This document shows positions 7,656 through 15,397 of a DNA stretch of 18,290 bases, piece after piece (position 1 is the first letter of the stretch; each line of letters starts with the position of its first letter). The notes under the pieces are model-generated. The model did no database searches. It saw nothing but the letters and a program-made list of their open reading frames with translations, and was not told the DNA's origin. Source of the DNA: a bacterium (GTDB lineage: Bacteria; Cyanobacteriota; Vampirovibrionia; Gastranaerophilales; JBAXKC01); the NCBI GenBank assembly GCA_037137535.1, contig JBAXKC010000045.1:1-18290 (forward strand), written 5' to 3'. Made by a program: the position numbers and the translations under genes.

Positions 7656-8333
7656 TTATAAATTCCATTTCTCTTTTAATTTTTTCGCAAAATAACTACT
7701 CTGTGCAAAAGTTCCAAGATTTTCAATATAGTCGATTGCCTGTTGTTTGTCAAAATCTAAAGGCGATCCTATTTCCACCTTTTTCTGTTGTTCGATATAA
7801 GTTTTTGTCTGTGCTATACGTGTTTTTTGTTCAAAAGCTCCTTTTCGTTTTATATGCTCCTCAATATTTGAAATAGTACTCTCCTTTTCGGCCTTTTTAT
7901 TTTTTCTAAAATCGGAAGAGTTATTTTTATAGTTACTATTATATTGTTTGTCTGACATTTTGACACCAAGTAGTGTGTCAGATTGACAGCTTTCAGGTGC
8001 CATATCGACAGCGCCAAAAAAAATAGCGGTAAAAGCATATAAGTTATTATTTCCGTTTTTTGACTTTACGATAAGACGTTTTTTAATCAGCTCATTTATT
8101 GCTCTGACTACTGATCGCTCACTTATATTTAAATTCTTTGCCAGATACTCCTGAGAAGGGAATACAACAGATTTCTCGGGATTATAATGAGAAGCTAGAC
8201 CTATTAATACAAGCATTTGAGTAGGATTTAATTCAAACTGTTTAGCTGCGCCTGAAATATAAAGACGTTGCGCAAGGTTAAATCCGTTGATTTTAACCTT
8301 TTTCGGTGATGGTTTATAGTTTTGTGAATACAT
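7656..8333 (-). CDS. Winged-HTH replication initiator-like protein (HTH_36-like N-terminus)
   Basis: LNPTQMLVLIGLASH...VFPSQEYLAKNLNISERSVVRAINELIKKRLI...NNNLY, with an AGAGGAG SD and an iteron-like tract just after the HTH. Confidence 0.75.
   Translation of the reverse strand: MYSQNYKPSPKKVKINGFNLAQRLYISGAAKQFELNPTQMLVLIGLASHYNPEKSVVFPSQEYLAKNLNISERSVVRAINELIKKRLIVKSKNGNNNLYAFTAIFFGAVDMAPESCQSDTLLGVKMSDKQYNSNYKNNSSDFRKNKKAEKESTISNIEEHIKRKGAFEQKTRIAQTKTYIEQQKKVEIGSPLDFDKQQAIDYIENLGTFAQSSYFAKKLKEKWNL
7953..8011. repeat. Three iteron-like repeats inside the rep-like gene (candidate origin)
   Basis: TGACATTTTGACAC (7953), TGTCAGATTGACAG (7976) and TGCCATATCGACAG (7998), spaced 23 and 22 bp, next to an AT-rich tract at ~7894-7949. 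Confidence 0.6.
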
Positions 8334-8485
8334 TAAAATAACACTCCTCTTTGGTGCTGAAAGTCCGTAAACATAACAGCCGCACTTTGTTTGAGCGTTG
8401 CAACATGCTGTAAGCCATGCTGATCATGGCTTTTGCCGATAGTTTAAAATCCTGTAACATTAAGGCTTTCAAGGCACGACAAAGG

Positions 8486-8514
8486 TTGCAATTTAATGCG
8501 CCTTCGGTTAGAAT
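8486..8514 (+). promoter_or_regulatory. Sigma70-type promoter for an antisense RNA
   Basis: TTGCAA (8486-8491)-17 bp-TAGAAT (8509-8514). Confidence 0.65.
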
Positions 8515-8519
8515 AAGGT

Positions 8520-8570
8520 AGATGGTTTTAAAAGTTTTGTGAAGGTCGCATTATATGCGGCTTTTTTTTT
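8520..8570 (+). ncRNA. Putative ~50-nt counter-transcribed RNA opposite the rep leader
   Basis: Lies between the promoter above and a terminator AGGTCGCAT-tat-ATGCGGCTTTTTTTTT (8543-8570), with no ORF. Confidence 0.55.
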
Positions 8571-8927
8571 GTGATGATTCATATTCAATTTTTTAGGGTT
8601 TGTGTCTGTTTATGACAAATTCGGGCAGTAACTGCCTCGTATGGAATCGTTATTTTACAGGACCTTTGCTGAAATTTTCAATTGGTATCGTGAAATATGG
8701 TATATGTTCAAAAAATAAAGACATTGTTATTTATTATGCTTATTTCAGCACTTACGGTCTTTTTATCACTCCTCTCCAAGTGTGAATCATATTAAGTAAG
8801 GGATTTTGATCATGATTATAACCAACATTCATAACCCCTTGTTAATTAGTTTAGCCATGCATTATAATAATGTCAACAACTATCATGTGTAATATAGATT
8901 AGGTTATAATGGGATTATAAACAGGTT

Positions 8928-9488
8928 ATGAGTACATCGAGAAAACTGACTGTATCCGAGTTAAGTCAAGCATTAGGGGTAAGTGTAAACACCACATGGA
9001 AGAAAATTAAGAAAAAGGGGTTAACAACAGTTAAAGACACTGTTAATAACAGGGAAATTACTTTCATAGAGCTAACCGAGCACGAATATGATGATTTAAT
9101 GTCTGAATCATCCGTTAATATCCCCATTAATAATGGGGGTTATGACTCCAATTATGAAGATTTTGAAACAATTCATGAAGGGGTTAAGGTTTCATCATCT
9201 CCTTATGAACCTCAGGTTGACGTAATATCAATCGTAGAAAGAGTTATGGACTATTCAAAAGAAATGAATAATCAGGTTAAAGAATATATTAACCGGGTTA
9301 TTGATGCTGAAAAACAGGTTAAACTCCTTGAAGACTCCGAAAATAGAAAAAATGATGAGTACCATCGGCTCATTGCTGAAAATAAAGAACTAATTTCTAA
9401 AGTTGCACTCCTCGAAAAAGAAAATGCTGAATTTAAAGAAAAATTAGAAAAATATGAAGCCAAATGGTGGAATAAAGTTATAAAATAA
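8928..9488 (+). CDS. HTH + coiled-coil DNA-binding protein (pSK1 Par/RacA-like architecture)
   Basis: LTVSELSQALGVSVNTTWKKIKK HTH, a C-terminal coiled coil and the terminal motif KWWNKVIK. Divergent from the rep-like gene. Confidence 0.7.
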   Translation: MSTSRKLTVSELSQALGVSVNTTWKKIKKKGLTTVKDTVNNREITFIELTEHEYDDLMSESSVNIPINNGGYDSNYEDFETIHEGVKVSSSPYEPQVDVISIVERVMDYSKEMNNQVKEYINRVIDAEKQVKLLEDSENRKNDEYHRLIAENKELISKVALLEKENAEFKEKLEKYEAKWWNKVIK

Positions 9489-9491
9489 TTT

Positions 9492-9537
9492 AATAAAAAA
9501 CTTTTAGGTTAATTATGATCTGAAAGTTTTTTTTATT
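9492..9537 (+). terminator. Intrinsic terminator
   Basis: AAAAAACTTTTAG...CTGAAAGTTTTTTTT directly after the stop codon. Confidence 0.6.
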
Positions 9538-9550
9538 TGCTTTAAAAATC

Positions 9551-9810
9551 ATCATTGTGAGCGTAATGAACAATCGCCTATATTATTTGGCTTCACAAGT
9601 AAATTATCTTTATTGCTCAATGTTTTCGATATCTAAAGCCATCGCCTTCCTTTTTATTTTTGAAAAATAAAAAGGAATCAAAAACAAAAATATTGAAGTT
9701 CTTAACCGCTGTTTGCTTCTTTTCTTGCCCTTTAAGTTCTTCTTCACAAAATAATTTTAGAGAAAAGAAGCAAACAGCTTGTGTGTCGTGTGTCTTGGTT
9801 AAAGTTTCAC
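9551..9810 (+). repeat. Dispersed multi-hairpin repeat, copy 5 (full length with (G/A)TCATTG REP-like head)
   Basis: ATCATTGTGAGCGTAATGAACAATCGCC...TTCCTTTTTATTTTTGAAAAATAAAAAGGAA...GCTGTTTGCTTCTTTTCT...AGAAAAGAAGCAAACAGC. Confidence 0.92.
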
Positions 9811-9863
9811 AAGTAAATTTTTATCTAAACGTAAAAAATATAATTTGATAAGTGAGCTTGTTA

Positions 9864-9891
9864 GCAATTTACTCAAATCGTTTGTTTTTAT
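9864..9891 (+). promoter_or_regulatory. Bipartite motif GCAATT-N13-TGTTTTTAT
   Basis: Exact match, 52 nt before the ATG at 9943. Confidence 0.65.
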
Positions 9892-9942
9892 ATGGATATA
9901 ATTTGCTGGGACGGTATTTATTTGGGGAAAAGGGAGTAAATC

Positions 9943-10476
9943 ATGGGATATTTTAACATAGAGCAAAAACCATACGGAACAATGGGAGATAGATACGGTA
10001 TACCGGATGATATAGGATATCATTACGGCAATGCAAGCAGTTCAGTAAATTTATTTGATAGAAAAGAATTTAATAAAATTGGCAATAATGATGGATTTAT
10101 AAGCAAAGAAGAATACGTAAAAGCTCAACTTGATACAAGTAAAATGCCTGAATGGCAGAAAGAAATGATGAAAGACTCTAGTCTATTTGGAAAAAATAGG
10201 AATTCTAAGAAATTAGAAAAAATATTTGATTCAGTTGATATAAATAAAGATGGAAAGTTGGATATAAAAGAATTAATGGCATTGAGCATAAATGATCATG
10301 GGGTTGGAGTAAATGTAAGATCAAATTTAGACCCTGACTTTGAGAAAAGAGAACCTGCAGAAAATAGGAAAATATTAAAATCAATTTTTGATTTAAATAA
10401 ATTTGATAATAATAATAAAATTCCTGATAAACCTGCTGATGTCAGTCCCTTTGATATAAATCCCCTCTTTCATTAA
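9943..10476 (+). CDS. EF-hand domain protein
   Basis: Canonical loop DINKDGKLDIKE and degenerate loop GNNDGFISKEE, with a GGGAG SD. Confidence 0.8.
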   Translation: MGYFNIEQKPYGTMGDRYGIPDDIGYHYGNASSSVNLFDRKEFNKIGNNDGFISKEEYVKAQLDTSKMPEWQKEMMKDSSLFGKNRNSKKLEKIFDSVDINKDGKLDIKELMALSINDHGVGVNVRSNLDPDFEKREPAENRKILKSIFDLNKFDNNNKIPDKPADVSPFDINPLFH

Positions 10477-10533
10477 TTTTGTTAAATAATACGTCATTCT
10501 ATAGTAAACCCGTGTAGGAAATTATTACAACTC

Positions 10534-10568
10534 AAAAAATCGCTGATATTGAGCCATCAGCGATTTTT
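10534..10568. terminator. Bidirectional terminator
   Basis: AAAAAATCGCTGAT...ATCAGCGATTTTT between convergent genes. Confidence 0.8.
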
Positions 10569-10586
10569 ATACGTTAATGAACTAAA

Positions 10587-11162
10587 TTAATTTACGGTAT
10601 AAGTTCCTATTTTCAAAGAGTGAACAATTTTAGGGTATTTGTCTAACCCATACAGCTCAACATATTTAATATTGCTGTTTTTCCCGTTTGTAATGACATA
10701 AGTGTATTTATCGCCTCGATAAACATTGATTGAAGTAGGTATACCTCTTGAATTTCCTAATACTTTGGCTACTTCTGCCGTTGAATTATTAAAGTCTTTA
10801 CCAGTTTCTTCACCAAGTACCGCACTGATAATCGAGTTAAGTGCTTCATCTTTTCTTGATGTGCCAATATTTGCACCATCAATTTTTATTATTTCTCTGC
10901 TGATAACCATATCGGGACAGCTTATATGAGCCGTAAATGAAACCTGCGCATCATTTAAAAGAAATTCTTTTGAATAGGGCATCCCTTGTTTTCCATCAGC
11001 ACAAAGTGCCGCATTTTTTTTGTTAATATTTTTTAAATAAGCCGTAGTTTTAGCCCATTCCTGAAATTTTGTTTCGTTCATGTTAGGTAAAGAATACGCT
11101 GCATAAGCAATGCCCGATACAAAAAAACAAGTTAAGACAGTTTTTGATAGTGCGTTAAACAT
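10587..11162 (-). CDS. Hypothetical exported protein
   Basis: 191 aa ORF with signal-peptide-like N-terminus and a GGGGAGG SD. Confidence 0.8.
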   Translation of the reverse strand: MFNALSKTVLTCFFVSGIAYAAYSLPNMNETKFQEWAKTTAYLKNINKKNAALCADGKQGMPYSKEFLLNDAQVSFTAHISCPDMVISREIIKIDGANIGTSRKDEALNSIISAVLGEETGKDFNNSTAEVAKVLGNSRGIPTSINVYRGDKYTYVITNGKNSNIKYVELYGLDKYPKIVHSLKIGTYTVN

Positions 11163-11212
11163 TTAGCCCTCCCCCTTAATCTTATTATTGCTTATTTTTA
11201 TAAAAAAAGTAT

Positions 11213-11488
11213 TTATTTGCTTTTTTTTCTGAAATCACCGTAGGTAACATTTTTATAATATCTTGAGCTTTTTGAATTGTTAGTGTTTCCGCCGTTATCT
11301 CTGGTTTCTTGTCTTGAATTATTATATCCGCCACTGTTTGAACTGGAATTATCAGACCAACTATAAGAATATGACTTAGAGGTGGAAGATTTTGACCCTA
11401 GATCCATTGCAGAGAAGGCTAAAGCCTTTGATGTTGTTATTAACAATACAAATAATGATAATAATAATCTTTTCATGTATAAATTCAC
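11213..11488 (-). CDS. Small exported Ser/Asn-rich protein
   Basis: 91 aa ORF with signal peptide MKRLLLSLFVLLITTSKALA and an AGGAG SD. Confidence 0.75.
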   Translation of the reverse strand: MNLYMKRLLLSLFVLLITTSKALAFSAMDLGSKSSTSKSYSYSWSDNSSSNSGGYNNSRQETRDNGGNTNNSKSSRYYKNVTYGDFRKKSK

Positions 11489-11502
11489 TCCTGTAAAACA
11501 AT

Positions 11503-11529
11503 AATGGCAGTTTACAATAAACTGCCATT
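11503..11529 (-). terminator. Perfect 12-bp hairpin after the CHAP gene
   Basis: AATGGCAGTTTA-caa-TAAACTGCCATT. Confidence 0.6.
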
Positions 11530-11573
11530 GAGTGAATTCATATATTTACTATTTATCTAATAGCCGACTAAAA

Positions 11574-12209
11574 TTAAGCGACAAGGCTAGTTGAATTTGT
11601 TCTGTATTTGTCCATTTTAACAAAACCGTGAATACTACTGTCTCCTGACTTGTATGTTTTTTCTCTTACGGCATTAGAGCTATTTCCTTCAATTGTGTGT
11701 ATAGTTCCGTCGGGATCTACGGATTTAACAAGTCCGATATGTTTACTGCCCTCTGATCCAAATACAATGCAATCACCTGGCTTTATGCCGATTGAAGTGT
11801 TTTGCTTTGCATAGCAGCCATTTTGTTGTGCCCATTCTCTGATTTGGCTTACTGCTGCTTTATAATTTTTTCCACCGTTATATCCCCAAGGGCATACGCC
11901 GCCATTGGCTTTTTCCCAGATGTGGCTTACGGTATCAGCACACCATGCTTCTTTTCTGCCTTGTGAAATTGACAGATAACTGCCATCTGCTTCATTTTTT
12001 CCTAGTAGTGACATGGCAATTTGAACGGGATTTCCGCCTGAGCCTTGAGCCCCTGCTATATTTGCTTGAGAAGGATTAAAAATTGAAGCTGTTTGAGGAG
12101 CAACATTACCGAACGGATTTGCGGCAGATGTTGCAGCGCCTGTATTTTGCAAAAGAGCCGCAGTTGTGTTGTTTAACTGTCTGGCTGTATCGTAAACAGT
12201 TGGAGCCAT
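11574..12209 (-). CDS. CHAP-domain peptidoglycan amidase/peptidase
   Basis: AWCADTVS...PGDCIVF...HIGLV...IHTIEGNSSNAV, with a low-complexity N-terminus and no Sec signal. Confidence 0.85.
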   Translation of the reverse strand: MAPTVYDTARQLNNTTAALLQNTGAATSAANPFGNVAPQTASIFNPSQANIAGAQGSGGNPVQIAMSLLGKNEADGSYLSISQGRKEAWCADTVSHIWEKANGGVCPWGYNGGKNYKAAVSQIREWAQQNGCYAKQNTSIGIKPGDCIVFGSEGSKHIGLVKSVDPDGTIHTIEGNSSNAVREKTYKSGDSSIHGFVKMDKYRTNSTSLVA

Positions 12210-12250
12210 AAATACCCTTTCACCTATAAGTTAAATATTTCCTTATATTA

Positions 12251-12278
12251 ATAAAAACAAACTGGGGTCGAGAATTGC
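12251..12278 (-). promoter_or_regulatory. Bipartite motif GCAATT-N13-TGTTTTTAT
   Basis: Exact match on the minus strand, 42 nt before the ATG at 12209. Confidence 0.65.
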
Positions 12279-12324
12279 CTAAAAGCATGTAAAATCAAGA
12301 AGAATTAGCTTTTAAAATAATTAG

Positions 12325-12550
12325 GAGATTCTCAATCAATTTCAGCATGACGATTTTCGTAAAAGAAAAAACGAAAGAACCACCACTAACGAGCGGTTTG
12401 CTTCTTTTCTCGAAAATGCTATTGTGCGAAGCCACTCAAAGAGTAAGAAAAGAAGCCGATGGCTTTAGGCCTCGAAATCATTGAGCAATGAATATAATTC
12501 ACTTGTGAAGCCTCATAATATAGGCGAAGGTTCGCTACGCTTGCAATGAC
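12325..12550 (-). repeat. Dispersed multi-hairpin repeat, copy 6 (middle hairpin deleted) plus a GTCATGCTGAA REP-like unit
   Basis: On plus, AGAAAAGAAGCC joins directly to GATGGCTTTAG. Head GTCATTGCAAGCGTAGCGAA on minus from 12550, REP-like unit at 12325-12351. Confidence 0.88.
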
Positions 12551-12564
12551 AGTTTTTTCTTTTA

Positions 12565-12598
12565 TAAAAAAAGAGGATTTTTACATCCTCTTTTTTTA
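12565..12598. terminator. Bidirectional terminator
   Basis: TAAAAAAAGAGGAT-N6-ATCCTCTTTTTTTA. Confidence 0.8.
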
Positions 12599-12603
12599 TG
12601 TGT

Positions 12604-12870
12604 CTATCCAATTAAATCAAGCCCTGCTTTTATTTGTTTTTGGTTCGGGTTTTCATTTAGTGCGGTAAAAATCTCACTTGCTTTATCTTTTAAAAAGCTG
12701 AAAACGGATTGTCCGTCGAGTAAATCGGGTTTTCTTACCTCTTCGGTTTCTCTTAAGAAACGGTCTCTGTTTTCTTGGCTGGAGAAAGCTAACATCTGAG
12801 CGGTTGGACCGTTTATTCCGCGAAAAGCCAGCTGCTTTGCGGCATAGTTATTTGTTATGTTTATATTCAT
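12604..12870 (-). CDS. Hypothetical small protein
   Basis: 88 aa ORF with an AGAGG SD-like sequence upstream and a terminator downstream. Confidence 0.75.
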   Translation of the reverse strand: MNINITNNYAAKQLAFRGINGPTAQMLAFSSQENRDRFLRETEEVRKPDLLDGQSVFSFLKDKASEIFTALNENPNQKQIKAGLDLIG

Positions 12871-12933
12871 TTTTTTCGATTGCCTCTTTATTTATTGATC
12901 TCTTCTTCCACGTTTAGGTGGGATGGTTTTATT

Positions 12934-13047
12934 AGTGTTTTATCTACACTCTTATATTATCATGCAAAAGTGTTTTGTCTACACTATTTAATAAAAAATT
13001 TATATTAAGGATAAATGTTAGAATTGTGTTAGTGTCAAAATTACACT
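12934..13047. promoter_or_regulatory. Three palindromic operators AGTGT-N7-ACACT
   Basis: Sites at 12934-12950, 12969-12985 and 13031-13047. The second overlaps a minus-strand TAGACA-16-TAATAT promoter candidate. Confidence 0.7.
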
Positions 13048-13412
13048 TGCTATAAGAGTATAGAGCTATAATGCATGCAAATAAAGCGTTTTAAACATAG
13101 CTTAATGTTTCTTAATGTTCAAGTTTTATTGGCGGCTTGAATAAATCAAGCTATAACAGGATAAAATACATGTAGGTATGGGCATAAAAAAAATATGCCC
13201 AGTTGGGGAATAGGTTAAATTTTTTGAAATGAGTTAATAATAATTGTTAACCCTATTTCTTAATTTTTTAACCAATCAACTATATTTTGAAAAATTTATA
13301 TTGATTTTACCCGAACAAAGACCCAGTTAAAAAACAGTTAAATAATATTTCTGTCCTTCATTGGATAGAAATTTTTTTTTATTAAATAAGTATGTAATAA
13401 AAAGTTTTAATT

Positions 13413-13473
13413 GTCATGTTGAGCGAAGCTGGATTTTATAATATTGAGATTCTTTGACATAGGCTGCAATGAT
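13413..13473. repeat. Degenerate REPIN-like GTCA... doublet
   Basis: GTCATGTTGAGCGAAGC...GAGATTCTTTG...GCAATGAT resembles the REP-like heads and tails seen elsewhere. Confidence 0.45.
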
Positions 13474-13716
13474 GCTTTGTGGGAAAGTTTAACTAATAAC
13501 CATATTTTACAGGCTTAATCACCCCAAAATCAGTAAAATGGTTTTATACGTTTTTTTATTTTAAATTTAGGTTTAATACTTAATGTATTGTTAAATATTT
13601 CATGGTTTTACTTTATAATGTTATTATTGAATTTCGCTTTATCTCCATAATGTAAGCATTTTGCTTGTTTAAAAAATCTTATTGCGTAAATCAGCGTTTC
13701 AATTTAAAATACAGAT

Positions 13717-14799
13717 ATGGATGAAATTGTAATATCAAGATTAAATATTGATGGTCATAACCCTTTCGGAGCGACTGCAGAAGAGTTGCTCGCTAATTCT
13801 TTGGATGAATCAGGACTAATTGCAGAGGATACTTTAATCAATAGTGTTTTAGCCCATGATTTATGTAAGTCTTTATTTAAAAAAAGAGAAGAATATAAAG
13901 AATCCACTAAAATTGGTAATATTTTAATTAAAAAACAAGTTATTACCGAGAAACAGCTACAAGAAGTGGTTGATCATCAACAAAAAAACCCTAATAAAAA
14001 ATTGGGTGATCTCCTTGTAGATTTGAATATGTGTCAACCTGATGATATAAGTTGCTGTCTTGATATTCAAAAGCAGATAAGATTTAACCATACTTCTCTT
14101 GATTACAATAAATTAAATAATTATCCGGCAGAAATAGTTAAAACTTCTATTGAAAAATATTTTCCTGTCGGGCAAAAACTTTCTATAAAGAGAACTTTTG
14201 CCAATGAAAAAGAAATGCACCATACTTATATTAAAGACCTTAATAAAAGGATGATGCTCATTGATTTGCCAACAAAGAACGGAGTTCCTATTCCTCTTTA
14301 TGAAAATAAGGAAATTGAAGTTACCAGTATTAATAAAGAAGGGATTTGGCTTGGTTCGGCAGAAGTTTTTAAAATTCAAAAAACAGGATTAATTGGTGCG
14401 TGGGTCCAATTGCCGAGTGTTCTGGAAAAAGTTCAGCGAAGAGAATATATGCGTTGGATTTTATCTTTCAATACTCAGCTTTTTGTTTATGGTGTAAATT
14501 CTAATCTTAGCAGTCCTGAAAATATTATAGATGTTGAAGTTAAAAACATTTCAGGCGGAGGAATTGCGATAATTTCAAAGCAAAAACTTCCACAGAATAA
14601 ATTCTTTTATATCAAAGTTGATTATAGAGATATTTCTGCGATGGTGAAAATTCAATTTATTCATGAACAGTTTGATGCGTATACTAAAAAAATGACCACA
14701 GGCTTTAAATTTCTTGAACTTGATTTTAAAACTATTGATAAAATTCATAAAATTGGCGTATTTAACGAGCTTCAAATGAGAAGAAAAGGTTTTATTTAA
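13717..14799 (+). CDS. c-di-GMP receptor: MshEN-like + YcgR-type N-domain + PilZ (flagellar brake-like)
   Basis: Tandem KIGNILIKKQVITEKQLQEVVDHQ and KLGDLLVDLNMCQPDDISCCLDIQ, plus PilZ motifs QRREYMR and NISGGG. Confidence 0.85.
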   Translation: MDEIVISRLNIDGHNPFGATAEELLANSLDESGLIAEDTLINSVLAHDLCKSLFKKREEYKESTKIGNILIKKQVITEKQLQEVVDHQQKNPNKKLGDLLVDLNMCQPDDISCCLDIQKQIRFNHTSLDYNKLNNYPAEIVKTSIEKYFPVGQKLSIKRTFANEKEMHHTYIKDLNKRMMLIDLPTKNGVPIPLYENKEIEVTSINKEGIWLGSAEVFKIQKTGLIGAWVQLPSVLEKVQRREYMRWILSFNTQLFVYGVNSNLSSPENIIDVEVKNISGGGIAIISKQKLPQNKFFYIKVDYRDISAMVKIQFIHEQFDAYTKKMTTGFKFLELDFKTIDKIHKIGVFNELQMRRKGFI

Positions 14800-14834
14800 T
14801 TATTCTAAATCAAGTTTAGACTGATATTTTATGA

Positions 14835-15086
14835 GAATTCAACTAAGAACCGCTCCAAATGAGCGGTTTGCTTCTTTTCTCAAAAATGCTTTTGTGCAAA
14901 ACGCCTCAACGAGTAAGAAAAGAATCAAGTGGCTGTTAAGAACTTCAATGTTTTGTTTTTGCTTATTTTTTATTTTTCGAAAAATAAAAAGTAAGTCGAT
15001 GGCTTCAAACATTGAAATCATTAAGCAACGAAGAAAATTTACAGGTAAAAACTCATAATCAAGGCGATTGCTACACTCGCAAAGAC
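14835..15086 (-). repeat. Dispersed multi-hairpin repeat, copy 7 (full length)
   Basis: Reverse complement of the consensus, with head GTCTTTGCGAGTGTAGCAATCGCC. Confidence 0.92.
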
Positions 15087-15105
15087 GGATTAAGAAAAAG
15101 AACGC

Positions 15106-15220
15106 AAAAAAAAGCCTATGGAAACCATAGGCTAGCAATCTCGGTAAACTTCAGGTCCTTGCGGACCTTGTCTATTTAGTGAGTTTAGAGAAACAAAACA
15201 TCTAATGAAAGATGTTCATG
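15106..15220 (-). ncRNA. Candidate ~115-nt sRNA
   Basis: Consensus promoter upstream, hairpins AACATCT/AGATGTT and AGGTCC-GCAA-GGACCT, and terminator AGCCTATGG-ttt-CCATAGGCTTTTTTTT. Confidence 0.65.
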
Positions 15221-15225
15221 TATCA

Positions 15226-15253
15226 ATTATATAATAAAAAGATATCGTGTCAA
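15226..15253 (-). promoter_or_regulatory. Sigma70 consensus promoter
   Basis: TTGACA (15253-15248)-16 bp-TATAAT (15231-15226). Confidence 0.7.
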
Positions 15254-15363
15254 ATGTTTATTCACATTATAATTGTCTGATTACATGTAAAATGATTGTA
15301 TAAATAAACTAAGTCATAATAGTATGTTTTCATGTGTATTTTGATGAATAAAATATGCTTTAT

Positions 15364-15397
15364 GGTTAATAACCCCTGTTATTAAGGGGGTTATTAA
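15364..15397. repeat. Palindromic cluster of three TTAATAA/TTATTAA boxes with G/C flanks
   Basis: GGTTAATAACCCCTGTTATTAAGGGGGTTATTAA, with 11-bp inverted arms. Confidence 0.6.

Noticed and set aside
8600-8785. 61-aa ORF between rep and the par-like gene
   Set aside because: It has a non-ATG start, no clear SD and no motif. A leader peptide role cannot be excluded but is unsupported.
7284-9488. Prophage
   Set aside because: HNH and initiator genes occur in phages, but no structural, terminase, integrase or helicase-loader genes are present.
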